From Candidatus Terraquivivens tengchongensis (GTDB lineage Archaea > Thermoproteota > Nitrososphaeria_A > Caldarchaeales > Wolframiiraptoraceae): a DNA stretch of 64,000 nt. Shown here piece by piece: positions 1 through 10,068 of the stretch. The notes beneath the pieces are model-generated. The model worked only from the letters and a program-made list of their open reading frames with translations, was not told the origin of the DNA and did no database searches. Location of the stretch: the NCBI GenBank assembly GCA_023261845.1, contig JALNJZ010000002.1, forward strand, positions 181,078-245,077, given 5' to 3'. Within the stretch, counting starts at the first letter, position 1. Each line of letters begins with the position of its first letter. The translations under genes were made by a program, and so were the position numbers.

Positions 1-1811
1 GGACCGAAGGTAGGGTCTCTATGCATACCTATGGCTGTTTCTCTTCCTTGGGGAACCATCTTCCTAACTATTATTCCTCTTATCTCAGCGTTTGGTGCTT
101 TCTCCTTCACGTTCTTCATGATCTTTTCGTATGCCTGCCTTACCTCATCTTGGCTCTTAATGTTGAGTATTATTCCTCCGACATCGACCTTGTGGAGTAT
201 GTTTGGAGACTCCACCTCTAAGACTACGGGGTATCCGACACTATTAGCCGCTTTTACAGCATCTTCTACAGTATTCACTCTAACCTTATCAACTACAGGA
301 ATTCCGTACGATTTTGCGACCTCAGCCGCCTCAGAGGGTAGGAGTATGTTTCTTTTCTCCTCTATTGCTGCCTTTATTATTTTCTCTGCCCTGCTCTTAT
401 CTACCTTAATCTCTTTCATGTCCTCTTCTTTGTTTTTCTCCAAGAACCTGCGATACTTTAGTAGTTGACCTATGGCAGAAACTGCCTTCTCAGGTGTATC
501 GTATGCTGGTATGCCGTTCGAAATGAGCATCCTCATAGCATCCTCGCATTCTTTCCCTCCAATGAAGCATACGGTTATCGGCTTTTCTTTGCCCACAGAA
601 CTCTTCGCCCTTATGATAGCGTTTGCTACATCCGCCGGGTCGGTTTGTGCTGTGTGACAGTATAATATTATAACGTTGTTGACCCTATCATCTTCTAGAA
701 GTGTTTTTAGTGCTCCTTCGTAATCGCTCGGAGATGCCATTCCAGTTAGGTCGACTGGGTTGTATACGCTACCAAAAGGAGGCATGAACTTCCTAAGCTT
801 CTCTGCTAGGTCATTCGGAATATCCATGAGCTTTACTTTAAATTCTTCTGCCGCATCTGTTGCCATAACGCCAGCTCCGCCTCCGTTTGTTAATATTACA
901 GAATTTTCGCCACGGGGTAGTGGAAGCAAATTAAACGCCACAGCCCAGTCGAAAAGCTCGATTATTGTAGGTGCCCTTATTATCCCCGCTTGTTTAAAAG
1001 CTACCTCATAAGCTATGTCTGAACCAGCTAAGGAACCAGTGTGAGACCTTATTGCCTGTGAAGTTCTTTCTGATTTTCCTGGCTTTAGCACTATTATCGG
1101 CTTCTTTTTGCTCACTTTCTTAGAAACTTCCAGGAACTTTCTTCCATCTTCCACTCCTTCTAAGTATAGGGTTATAACCTTTGTATATTCATCGTCCCCA
1201 AAGTATTCTATAAAGTCAACTTCGTTTAGGTCTGCTTTATTACCCATGCTGACTAAGTCGGACAGTCCAATTTGCTTTAATGAAGTCCAGCCAGCTAAAC
1301 CTATTGCCAGAGCTCCGCTTTGGCTAATGAATGCGATGTTCCCTTCCTTAGGCAATTGCTGTATAAAGCTTGCGTTTACCTTCTTTACGGTATCTGCTAC
1401 CCCAATTATGTTCGGCCCTAAAATCCTTGCACTCCCTTTCCTTGCAATTTCAACAAGTTCTAATTCTTCTTTCACATTGCCTATTTCTTTAAAGCCTGCA
1501 GAAATTATGGCGATTGCTTTAACGCCTTTTTCTACGCACTCTCTGAGTACCTGCGGCACTGCTTTTGCTGGAACGGCTATGACCGCTAGGTCAACGTTGT
1601 GTGGAACATCTTTGATGGACTTGTAGCACTTTAAGCCTAAAATTTCGTCCGCGTTTGGATTTATAGGGAAAACTTTTTCTCTTGAAGGAGAAAATCTCAA
1701 GAGGTTCTTTACTATAGCATGACCGATTTTATTGGGTTCTCTCGCCGCTCCTATGACGGCTATGCTGTCTGGTCTAAGAAGTTTAGTTATAACTTCACTC
1801 TGCTCGCTCAT
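1..1811 (-). CDS. ADP-forming acyl-CoA synthetase (acetate--CoA ligase), alpha-beta fusion; 3' end runs off the window
   Basis: Not in the ORF track (no stop in window). Manual translation from ATG 1811: MSEQSEVITKLLRPDSIAVIGAAREPNKIGH..., with GPNIIG, SQSGAL, SHTGSLAG (phospho-His), TNGGGAG, NPVDLTG and SPNILHKVDVGG. Paralog of 3028-5118. Confidence 0.9.
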   Translation of the reverse strand, partial: MSEQSEVITKLLRPDSIAVIGAAREPNKIGHAIVKNLLRFSPSREKVFPINPNADEILGLKCYKSIKDVPHNVDLAVIAVPAKAVPQVLRECVEKGVKAIAIISAGFKEIGNVKEELELVEIARKGSARILGPNIIGVADTVKKVNASFIQQLPKEGNIAFISQSGALAIGLAGWTSLKQIGLSDLVSMGNKADLNEVDFIEYFGDDEYTKVITLYLEGVEDGRKFLEVSKKVSKKKPIIVLKPGKSERTSQAIRSHTGSLAGSDIAYEVAFKQAGIIRAPTIIELFDWAVAFNLLPLPRGENSVILTNGGGAGVMATDAAEEFKVKLMDIPNDLAEKLRKFMPPFGSVYNPVDLTGMASPSDYEGALKTLLEDDRVNNVIILYCHTAQTDPADVANAIIRAKSSVGKEKPITVCFIGGKECEDAMRMLISNGIPAYDTPEKAVSAIGQLLKYRRFLEKNKEEDMKEIKVDKSRAEKIIKAAIEEKRNILLPSEAAEVAKSYGIPVVDKVRVNTVEDAVKAANSVGYPVVLEVESPNILHKVDVGGIILNIKSQDEVRQAYEKIMKNVKEKAPNAEIRGIIVRKMVPQGRETAIGMHRDPTFG

Positions 1812-1996
1812 TTTTCTTTTCCCGGGGGATTCTCTGATAAAGGCTTTATTTTAGGACTACTGTGGTATTAATGAGTTAAATATAAGTGTTTCATTTTTCC
1901 CGCAAATATGAAGGTTTATAGAAACATCTGTACAAAATTTATGCGTACCCATCTTTCGGCGCACTTAACATAAAAATTTGATAAACATTATTAAAT

Positions 1997-2641
1997 ATGC
2001 GCTCCGAAATCAACATGGTGCGCTTGGGAAATACATCGTTGTTGGGAAGAAAAGGAAGGAAAATCTTCGAAGAAGCAACGGGTAAACTCATTGGCTACAT
2101 GGCCAGACATGATGTAAGTCCTACCGCATTGAGCTTTTTCGGACTCGCCTTAGCCATCGTATCAGCCGTTCTTTACGTTTTAGCTGCCAACGTACGCGAG
2201 TTTATAATCTTGGCAGCCGTCGTTTTATTAATATCTGGGTTCTTCGACGCAATAGACGGTGCAGTCGCAAGAGCCTCGGGCAAAGTTACCGCCTTTGGCG
2301 CGTTCACGGACTCCATGTTTGACAGGATAGGAGATGCAGCACTAATCATCGCGATAACCCTTGCAGGTTTTTTGAACGTCCTGTTAGGCATGCTCCTGCT
2401 GTTATCTTCATACTTGGTAAGCTACTCGAGGGCAAGGGCGGAGGGCCTCGGCATCGAGATGAAAGGTGTAGGACTCTTTGAGAGGGCTGAGAGAATTCTT
2501 GTGATCTTTGCAGCATCTATAATTGAATACTTCTTTCCCCGCACCATGATGCTAGTCTCTGCCGTGCTGATAGTGATAAATGTCTTGGTAATCATCCAAA
2601 GAGTTTTACACGTGAGGTCTAAGTTGAAAGAAAAATGCTGA
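1997..2641 (+). CDS. CDP-alcohol phosphatidyltransferase (archaetidylinositol-phosphate synthase-like)
   Basis: DAIDGAVARASGKVTAFGAFTDSMFDR matches DxxDGxxAR...GxxxDxxxD; several TM helices. Confidence 0.9.
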   Translation: MRSEINMVRLGNTSLLGRKGRKIFEEATGKLIGYMARHDVSPTALSFFGLALAIVSAVLYVLAANVREFIILAAVVLLISGFFDAIDGAVARASGKVTAFGAFTDSMFDRIGDAALIIAITLAGFLNVLLGMLLLLSSYLVSYSRARAEGLGIEMKGVGLFERAERILVIFAASIIEYFFPRTMMLVSAVLIVINVLVIIQRVLHVRSKLKEKC

Positions 2642-2642
2642 G

Positions 2643-2975
2643 CTAAACGGGAACGAATGTTATTTTACCATCCTTAAATTGCAACTCGTAAATGTAGTTT
2701 ACCTCGAGCTTCACGTTGAGCATTTCGTACTCTTCCTCCGTAAGGAAGAGCGTCATCTTCGGTATAATGAGCTCCCTCGCATGAGGTAGCAAGCCCATAG
2801 ATTGCATCTGAAGGAATACGCCCTGCATCAACCTTTGTAGCATTAAAGTCTCCTCAGCAAGCACGCCGGTCCTTTCACTTTGTCGTCTGACCTCGACCAA
2901 CTCTATTATTCTCCCAGGCCTACCCGTCTCTGGATCGTTGGTGCTGGAAATCCTGTAAACCTTTACCAGAACCAT
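2643..2975 (-). CDS. Arcadin-1 family protein
   Basis: 110 aa; N-terminal DP.TG...IELVE and C-terminal IPKMTLFLTEEEYE...EV..IYELQFKDGKITF resemble Pyrobaculum arcadin-1 as recalled. Confidence 0.7.
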   Translation of the reverse strand: MVLVKVYRISSTNDPETGRPGRIIELVEVRRQSERTGVLAEETLMLQRLMQGVFLQMQSMGLLPHARELIIPKMTLFLTEEEYEMLNVKLEVNYIYELQFKDGKITFVPV

Positions 2976-3027
2976 TTGGCAATAAGATGAAGACAGAAGT
3001 ATATTAGTTTGTCGAGAATGTATGCTG

Positions 3028-5118
3028 CTATGCGATATCCCTCTTCAGTAGTATCTTCACGTCAAAGGCCATACAACCACTTTCGTAGACGAATAGTGGG
3101 TTTATGTCAACATCGCTTATAACATCAAAGTCCAGCGCCAACTGGTTCACCGCTGCCAATACGTTCTTCACGGAGTCCACATCCTTCCGAGGGCCCCTAA
3201 AACCTTTCAATACCTGATAGACCTTCGTCTCACTCATCATCTCATCCACGTCAACATCAGTTAGTGGTGCGACCCTGAAGGACACGTCTTTGTAAAGCTC
3301 TACCAGAACACCTCCAGAGCCGAACATAACGAGCGGTCCAAAAACTTCGTCTCTATGCATCCCCACAGCAACTTGTACACCTTCTTTAACGAACGACCTA
3401 ACTACGACACCTTCTATCCTAGCGCCCGGACACCTTTCCACAACGGACTTGATAATTTCATGATAGGCATGCTCCAGCTCTTTACTGTTTTTTATATTGA
3501 GCTTTATCGCTCCTATGTCAGTTTTGTGGAGTACATCTGGGGATTCGACTTCAAGGACAATGGGGTATCCTATACTGTCCGCAAACCCAATAGCCTCTTC
3601 CAAGCTTTTTGCGACATTCTTCTTCGGTGCGGGTATACCATAGAGTCTTGCAACCTCGCACGACTCGGATTGTGTTAAGTTCCTCCCTTCTTTAATGGCT
3701 CTTGCTATAATTTCGTGTGCCCTGTCCTTTTCTCTCTTAACCTCAAGATGCTTGCCCGCCGGTCTGCTCTTATAATAAACGTACTTGTACTTCGTTGCGA
3801 TAGCTGCTGCCGCCCTTTCTGGTGTATCAAAGGTAGGTACGCCGTTTTTTATGAGAAACCTTGTAGCATCATCACACTCCTTACCACCTATAAATGCGGA
3901 AACAATTGGCTTGTTTTTTCCCACTTCACTTACGCAGCTTGCTATCGCCTTGGCAACATTCATGGGGTCAAGTGTGGCTGGATGTGAAAAAAGTGTTATA
4001 ACTACATGAACTCTTTCATCTCTCAGTAAGACCGAAAGGGCTCCATAGTATTCTTTCTCCGTGGCCATTCCCGTCAGGTCTATCGGGTTGAGGACCGAGC
4101 CGAAACTTGGCATCCACTCTCTAAGAGCCAAAGCCAAATCATCGGGGATTTCCATCAAATGGAGCCCCAAATCCTCACAAGCATCAGCGCACATTATGCC
4201 TACACCGCCACCATTCGTCACTATTACAACATTCTCACCCTTTGGGTCTGGTAGCATCGCCAAAGACAATGCGTAGTCAAAAAGCGTTCGTATATCGCTC
4301 GCCCTTATGATGCCACACTGCTTGAACGCTGCATCATAAGCGACGTCTAAGCCTGCTAGCGAGCCGGTATGCGATCTTACAGCCTCAGCCGCCTTTTTTC
4401 CCTTCCCCGCCTTCAGAATGATTATGGGTTTTTTTCTACAAACTCTCTCGGCAACTTCCATGAACTTTTTCCCATCCTCAACACCCTCCATGTAGAGCGT
4501 TATGGCCTTCGTGTGAGGGTCTTTAGAGAAGAACTCAATAAGCTCACACTCATCTATATCTGCTCTATTCCCCAGGCTTATGATATCTAAAAGACCGATG
4601 CCCTTCACTTTAGTCCAAGTTAGTAGACCTGCCGCTAGGGCACCGCTCTGGGATATCATTACAATCTCTCCCTTCTCTGGAAGATAAGGCAGAAAGCTTG
4701 CATTCAAGTTAACTACCGTATCTATCAAGCCCACTATGTTAGGTCCTAGAACCCTCACACCGCCTTTTTTTGCAATCTCTACTATCCTCTTCTCAGCCTC
4801 AACATTCCCAACCTCTCTAAAGCCAGATGATATGATGGCCGCAAACTTTACGCCCTTCTCGACACAATCCTCAATAATCTTTGGAACGATGTTAGCAGGT
4901 ACAGCAATCACCGCCAAGTCGAGTTCAGATGGTACTTCTTTCAGGTTCGCGTAACACTTGAGACCAAGTATCTCTTCAACATTCGGGTTTATTGGAAAGA
5001 CCCGCTCCTTCGGAAAACCGTTATCAATTATGTTTTTAAGTATCACATGGCCGATCTTAGTTGGCTCTCTCGAGGCACCAACGATGGCCACGGTGCGGGG
5101 CCTTACGAGGTACTCCAA
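3028..5118 (-). CDS. ADP-forming acyl-CoA synthetase (acetate--CoA ligase), alpha-beta fusion
   Basis: VAIVGAS CoA-binding fold, GPNIVG, SQSGA, SHTGSLAG, NPIDLTG; ATP-grasp beta domain HKTDIG, FGPLVMFGSGG, DINPL. Confidence 0.93.
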   Translation of the reverse strand: MEYLVRPRTVAIVGASREPTKIGHVILKNIIDNGFPKERVFPINPNVEEILGLKCYANLKEVPSELDLAVIAVPANIVPKIIEDCVEKGVKFAAIISSGFREVGNVEAEKRIVEIAKKGGVRVLGPNIVGLIDTVVNLNASFLPYLPEKGEIVMISQSGALAAGLLTWTKVKGIGLLDIISLGNRADIDECELIEFFSKDPHTKAITLYMEGVEDGKKFMEVAERVCRKKPIIILKAGKGKKAAEAVRSHTGSLAGLDVAYDAAFKQCGIIRASDIRTLFDYALSLAMLPDPKGENVVIVTNGGGVGIMCADACEDLGLHLMEIPDDLALALREWMPSFGSVLNPIDLTGMATEKEYYGALSVLLRDERVHVVITLFSHPATLDPMNVAKAIASCVSEVGKNKPIVSAFIGGKECDDATRFLIKNGVPTFDTPERAAAAIATKYKYVYYKSRPAGKHLEVKREKDRAHEIIARAIKEGRNLTQSESCEVARLYGIPAPKKNVAKSLEEAIGFADSIGYPIVLEVESPDVLHKTDIGAIKLNIKNSKELEHAYHEIIKSVVERCPGARIEGVVVRSFVKEGVQVAVGMHRDEVFGPLVMFGSGGVLVELYKDVSFRVAPLTDVDVDEMMSETKVYQVLKGFRGPRKDVDSVKNVLAAVNQLALDFDVISDVDINPLFVYESGCMAFDVKILLKRDIA

Positions 5119-5172
5119 TCCTTTTCACGAAAGTCTGGACGTTTTACGGCTATAAAAACTTCTTAAGGATTT

Positions 5173-5610
5173 TTACTCCTCTCCTCCTCCCGCCTCTTCT
5201 TCCAAACTTTCAATGTAACGTCTATATTCCTCCGAATCCATTAACTTCTCAAGTTCATTCGGGTCAGAAATCTCTACCTTTACTATCCAACCGTCTTCGT
5301 ACGGTGAATCGTTTATCAGCTCCGGTTTATCGATTAGGTTGCTGTTTACCTCAACTATTTTTCCTGTAACTGGAGAATACACTTCCGATACAACCTTCAC
5401 AGACTCTATCGTACAAAGTGTATCTCCCTGCTTAAGCTTCTGGTTGACATTCGGCAACTCGAGGTACATTATATCGCGTAGCTTCTTCTGCGCATAGTCC
5501 GTTATGCCGATCATCGCTATTTTTTTCTTGACTAACTTAATCCACAAGTGGTCCTTGCTGTACATCAAGTCCTCCGGTATTTCAAAACTTTCAGACACGT
5601 ACGGTTCCAC
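5173..5610 (-). CDS. gcvH: Glycine cleavage system H protein (lipoyl carrier)
   Basis: YSKDHLW, GITDYAQ, IESVK (lipoyl-Lys), P..IN.SPY.DGW. Confidence 0.95.
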   Translation of the reverse strand: MEPYVSESFEIPEDLMYSKDHLWIKLVKKKIAMIGITDYAQKKLRDIMYLELPNVNQKLKQGDTLCTIESVKVVSEVYSPVTGKIVEVNSNLIDKPELINDSPYEDGWIVKVEISDPNELEKLMDSEEYRRYIESLEEEAGGGEE

Positions 5611-5656
5611 CTAAAGCGCCCGCAATAGAATCTTATATTTAAAATTTCCTAAGGCC

Positions 5657-6019
5657 TTACTTTAGCATCTCGCTGAGCCTTTTATACTCGCCCTCCTTAT
5701 AAAATAGGATCTCGGTCTCAAGCTTTACCCGCATGCCCAACCTTCTGAATAACTGGAGGAGCGTCCCTCCATCAATCTTATCCTGTAGAGCACCCTTATC
5801 CGCCAACTCGACCAGTTTGTTTATCACAACCTTTGTCTGTTCAGGGTATTGCTCTAGGGCGGCGTTAAGCACTTCTTCTGCCCTATCGCCAAGGAACGGC
5901 CTAAGCTTTTCCATGGGTCCTTCTGCGGTCTTAGTCTGCTCAACCTTTTGAGCACTCTGCATCAGCTGGCGTAACCTTCTCATCTGTATCCTCTTAAGTT
6001 CTAGGTCATCTCCGGACAT
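5657..6019 (-). CDS. PDCD5-family double-stranded DNA-binding protein
   Basis: DDLELKRIQMRRLRQL N-terminus, L..RA.E.L...YPE, KIDGGTLLQL pattern. Confidence 0.7.
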   Translation of the reverse strand: MSGDDLELKRIQMRRLRQLMQSAQKVEQTKTAEGPMEKLRPFLGDRAEEVLNAALEQYPEQTKVVINKLVELADKGALQDKIDGGTLLQLFRRLGMRVKLETEILFYKEGEYKRLSEMLK

Positions 6020-6073
6020 AGCTAATACAGAAGTGCCATAATCTGCATATAGACTTTTCCGGCATCTAAAGCT

Positions 6074-7384
6074 CTAAGCGACCTTTTTCATGATGCTCTT
6101 AAGCGTGGAGATGTTAGTGAGGTAGCGTAGTCTCACGCCGATACTGTTCAGTCTCTCCGCCGCACCTTCTTCCCTATCGAATACGACGTAATATGCCAAT
6201 ACCTTTCCGCCTAACTCCGACACGGCTTTTACACAAGCTTCCGCAGTCTCGCCCGTCGTCGTCAGGTCGTCAACACATATCACCTTATCGCCGTTTTGCA
6301 CGACCCCCTCGACCCTCCTTCCAGTTCCGTAGCCCTTCTCTTTGTGTCTAACGTACACCAGCCCCTTGCATAACCTGTCAGCGACTATCGAGGCTATAGG
6401 TATGCCAGCAGTTTCTGTCGTGGCCACTTTATCGGCGTCCACGTTTCCTTCCATGCTTATCCTCACGAGCATGAGTTCAGCTATCTTACTTCTCGGTTCT
6501 GGGTGCGAGTAAAGAGCTCTAATATCAACATAGTAGTCGCTCTCCTTTCCGCTCGAAAGTATGAATGGCTTGTCTGGTGAGTAGCGGTAGACACCAGGGG
6601 TTCTGATAATTTCCAAGGCGGCATTCATGCGTATCCAAGAATCGGTTAAGGTGTCCCTATACTCGGCCGCCACTTTTTTCGGCTCAGGCGAATCAACAAC
6701 CGACCTGCCAATGTTCACTAGCACATTCCAGCCACCATAAATGATTGCCTTCTCCAAGTCGCCGCCCTGCACACCTATGCCAGGGAAGAGGATTATAGGC
6801 CCTTCACCAACAACACTCCTTATGGTGGCTATATCGTTCGCGGAGGCAGTCTCCGTTGCACTGACGACGAGACCGTCTGCTCCAGAAATTTTTGCATCTT
6901 CTGCAAGTATTTCAAAAAGCTTTTTACCACCCATGTCTAGCTTAAACAACCTTGCCGACTCGGGGTTAGATGGTAGGGTTACAGAAAATACGGCAAGCCC
7001 TAGGTCATGAGCCGTCTTGACAACTTGACCGAGGTTTCCGAATATTGGGTTTACTGTAAGCCCATCATAGCCCATGTCCTTAACTATACTGATGCCCATG
7101 GTAGCCGTACTCGTTATGTCGGATAACTTGCAATCGTATATCGTCAGTGTCCCGAGCGACTTGCAAAGCTGTGTAATCTCTTGGTGGTCCTCCATGCTCA
7201 AGTGTCTAGTGTAGTTCTCGTTCACTTTGAAGGCTATAGCATAGGGCGCCGTCGACTCTACGAGTTGCTCCAACCTCTCTACGTACTCCTTTCTAGATTC
7301 TCCCCTCCTCTTCACGTCCAGTGAAATGCACATTATGCTGCCCTTTTGCCTCCTAAGCTCGGCGTACTTCCTCAAGAACGACAT
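6074..7384 (-). CDS. pyrFE: Bifunctional OMP decarboxylase / orotate phosphoribosyltransferase (PyrF-PyrE fusion)
   Basis: N-half: DCKLSDITST, PGIGVQGG, GRS. C-half: FILSSGKESDYYVDIR, KEKGYG, VDDLTTTG (PRPP loop). ATG 7384 preferred over TTG 7417. Confidence 0.9.
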   Translation of the reverse strand: MSFLRKYAELRRQKGSIMCISLDVKRRGESRKEYVERLEQLVESTAPYAIAFKVNENYTRHLSMEDHQEITQLCKSLGTLTIYDCKLSDITSTATMGISIVKDMGYDGLTVNPIFGNLGQVVKTAHDLGLAVFSVTLPSNPESARLFKLDMGGKKLFEILAEDAKISGADGLVVSATETASANDIATIRSVVGEGPIILFPGIGVQGGDLEKAIIYGGWNVLVNIGRSVVDSPEPKKVAAEYRDTLTDSWIRMNAALEIIRTPGVYRYSPDKPFILSSGKESDYYVDIRALYSHPEPRSKIAELMLVRISMEGNVDADKVATTETAGIPIASIVADRLCKGLVYVRHKEKGYGTGRRVEGVVQNGDKVICVDDLTTTGETAEACVKAVSELGGKVLAYYVVFDREEGAAERLNSIGVRLRYLTNISTLKSIMKKVA

Positions 7385-7474
7385 CAGCACACCATCTCTC
7401 TGCTCATATGTATGCAAGGTCCTTATATTATCTATGTTGGCATTACGGGACGTTATGTTATCGCAACTTAAGCC

Positions 7475-8923
7475 CTAAGAAACTGGCGACCTACCGAGTC
7501 TTACGTTTCTGAGCCTTATAGCCGGGCCACCGAACCAGACTGGCATGCTCTGCATAGGCTCGCTCTTACCACAATAGCCAGCATAGAATTTGACATCTTT
7601 ACCGACGGCATCGATCGACGAGTAAAGACCCTTAGTGGTCAACTCGATGGTCGGATTCCTCAGCATGGACTCGAGTTTACCGTTCTTTATCAGATATGCC
7701 TCCAGTCCAACGTATCTTTGATTCCATCTTCTGTCGTCAATGTTCCACTCCATGTATGAGCTTATGTAGACGCCGTATCTGACACCTTCTATCAATTCCT
7801 CGAGCGAGTAGTCTCCGGGCTTCATGTAAGTATTGGCCATACGCACTATCGGCTCGACGCCGTAAAAGCTCGCTCTCGACGATCCGTTGCTGAGCGTGCC
7901 AAACTCGGCAGCTGTTTCCCTATTGTGTAGCAACTCGTTTATCCTTCCTTTATCGATGAGCACTCTCTCCTTAGCCTCGACACATTCGTCATCGTAAAGA
8001 TAATAGCCGAATGAGTTCGGTAGCCTAGGATCGTCTACGATAGTAACATGCTCCGAGCCTATGTATTCACCGATAAGCTCACGGGTCACGTAGGTCTCGC
8101 CGCCTTGTGCCGCCTCCCTTCCAAGGACCCTATCGGCCTCTAGGGGATGTCCGGCAGACTCGTGACAGATTATTCCAACGAGCTCAGGTCCCAATACGAC
8201 ATCGAGCGTGTCTGTAGGTGGCTCTACAGCATCTGTCAGAATCTTGGCTAGCTTCCCCGCCTCTTCTGAAATCCTCTCGTCGAGGAGCCATCTCTCAACC
8301 CTTTCCCAGCCTCCAGACTCTCCTATGTTCTCGAACCTTTGAACGGTTCCCTTTCCAGCCTTCGCCGCGGTCAGCATGTAGGAGAACATGACTCTCGGTA
8401 TATGGCTATGGATGTTTGACCCCTCGGACGTGATTATGTGCTTCTCGGTTATTAAGTAGCCGACGCTTAAAACCCTCGCTGGAAGCTTTACATCGTTTCG
8501 AGAAGTTGCTTCAACGCTCCTATCATCAACATCCTTGAGCAGCTCGACCTTTGAGTCAGGGTCAACATATTCAGGCTTTACCCTCGGCTTAATCGCATAG
8601 TTTGCCTTTACAGTCTTTACTTCTGCCATTCTGATGGGGCTTTTGACAGCTTTTGAGGAAGCTTTTGCAAGCGTGATAGCTCTAACAACAGCATCTTTTA
8701 CATCCGCTTTTTTTGTCAGGTTTGTTGAGGCAAACCCCATGGAGCCGGAAACTATGGCCCTTATAGACAGGCCCCTACTTGCGCCGAACCCAGGCGCCTC
8801 GGGCACGCCGTTCCTTAGCGTGAATTCCTCAAAAATATCCGACTGATACCTTACCTCCGCATAGGAGGCGCCCAGTTTCATAGCATAATTGACTGCATAA
8901 CTTAGAAGGTCCTCCATCACCAT
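7475..8923 (-). CDS. tldD: TldD/PmbA family metalloprotease (TldD-type)
   Basis: HESAGHPLEADR (HExxGH), YDDECV, RMANTY, CGK..PMQ..PV..GGP. Confidence 0.9.
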   Translation of the reverse strand: MVMEDLLSYAVNYAMKLGASYAEVRYQSDIFEEFTLRNGVPEAPGFGASRGLSIRAIVSGSMGFASTNLTKKADVKDAVVRAITLAKASSKAVKSPIRMAEVKTVKANYAIKPRVKPEYVDPDSKVELLKDVDDRSVEATSRNDVKLPARVLSVGYLITEKHIITSEGSNIHSHIPRVMFSYMLTAAKAGKGTVQRFENIGESGGWERVERWLLDERISEEAGKLAKILTDAVEPPTDTLDVVLGPELVGIICHESAGHPLEADRVLGREAAQGGETYVTRELIGEYIGSEHVTIVDDPRLPNSFGYYLYDDECVEAKERVLIDKGRINELLHNRETAAEFGTLSNGSSRASFYGVEPIVRMANTYMKPGDYSLEELIEGVRYGVYISSYMEWNIDDRRWNQRYVGLEAYLIKNGKLESMLRNPTIELTTKGLYSSIDAVGKDVKFYAGYCGKSEPMQSMPVWFGGPAIRLRNVRLGRSPVS

Positions 8924-8956
8924 GGCTCAACATTCCAAAAAATCTTTAATTAATTT

Positions 8957-9226
8957 TTAAACCCTTTTTGGGAGGAATTTCTCCTGCTCTTTATCCCTTA
9001 TGCTGAGTATGGCTTGGGCTCTATGTAGCAACAGCCTAGCTTTTTGGTAGAGGCTCTTAGCCTGCTCCATCTCGCCTTCTGTAAGCTTCTGCTTGAGCAT
9101 GAAATCTTCCAACTTTGAACTTATCTCCTGAAGAATCTCTACCACGAGCTCGAGCCTGCTCTCGCTCTCTACAGACATCTGGCAAAACTTCAGCTCCTCC
9201 TCGATGTCTGCCAGCACCGTACTCAT
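8957..9226 (-). CDS. Hypothetical helical protein
   Basis: 89-aa ORF with upstream SD-like GGTGGGT and TATA-like element; fills the gap; no recognised motif. Confidence 0.7.
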   Translation of the reverse strand: MSTVLADIEEELKFCQMSVESESRLELVVEILQEISSKLEDFMLKQKLTEGEMEQAKSLYQKARLLLHRAQAILSIRDKEQEKFLPKRV

Positions 9227-9348
9227 GCGGGTTGACCCACCTTCAGTATAATTTCAAAACGTGTCTATTAAGAGTTTTTCTGATAATGTAACGTGGGTTG
9301 CAAAGCTTTTATAAACCTGCCCTATCCATCCTCTGGTTAAGCACGGAC

Positions 9349-10068
9349 ATGATAGGCCAACCGCAACACATTAAATCAGCAAAAGGCGAAGTTGCAGAAA
9401 GGGTTGTGGTTGCAGGAGACCCGGCTAGGGTTGTTCAACTTTCTAGAATGTTAGAAAGACCAAAACTCGTTAATGAAAACCGTGGCTTTTTGACATACAC
9501 TGGTTACTTTAATGGTACACCAATAACGGTTTCTTGTCACGGCGTTGGCGGCCCATCGTCTGCGATAGTTTTTGAGGAGCTTGTCATGTTGGGTGCCAAG
9601 GTCGTCGTTAGGCTTGGCACGACTGGAGCATTTTTAAAGCACATGAAGATCGGCGAGGTGGTCATTCCGACTGGGGCAGCATACTTAGGGGGAACGCTTG
9701 CGCAGTACGTACCCGATGCCCACATAACCCCTGTTCCTAGCTTTGACGTGACGAATGAGTTGGTTAATACCGCAAGGGAGGAGGGGCTGACGTACCACAT
9801 CGGGCCTGTATTCTCGAGCGATGCATTCTACGCTGAGGACCCTGAGTTCGTCAAGAGGTGGTCAAGCAAAGGCTACATATCCGTCGAGATGGAGTGTGCA
9901 ACACTCTTCGGCCTCGGGATGCTACGTGGTGTTAAAACAGGTGCTATGCTCCTCATAAGCGACAACTTGGCAGAGATGACGCCCATGGTAAATGCTGAAT
10001 ATCTTAAGCCATACGTCGAGAAGGCAGGAAGGGCAGTCTTCAAAGCACTCCTGAGGATAAAGCTCTAA
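9349..10068 (+). CDS. Purine/uridine nucleoside phosphorylase (hexameric PNP family)
   Basis: GDPARV, ENRGF, HGVGGPS, RLGTTG, SSDAFY, VEMECA; ATG 9349 downstream of TTTATAAA. Confidence 0.9.
   Translation: MIGQPQHIKSAKGEVAERVVVAGDPARVVQLSRMLERPKLVNENRGFLTYTGYFNGTPITVSCHGVGGPSSAIVFEELVMLGAKVVVRLGTTGAFLKHMKIGEVVIPTGAAYLGGTLAQYVPDAHITPVPSFDVTNELVNTAREEGLTYHIGPVFSSDAFYAEDPEFVKRWSSKGYISVEMECATLFGLGMLRGVKTGAMLLISDNLAEMTPMVNAEYLKPYVEKAGRAVFKALLRIKL

Noticed and set aside
21-1626. Several plus-strand ORFs (31-468, 1108-1626 and others) and the many antisense ORFs across the track
   Set aside because: They are shadows of real genes on the opposite strand, here the untracked minus-strand ACD, and carry no protein motifs.
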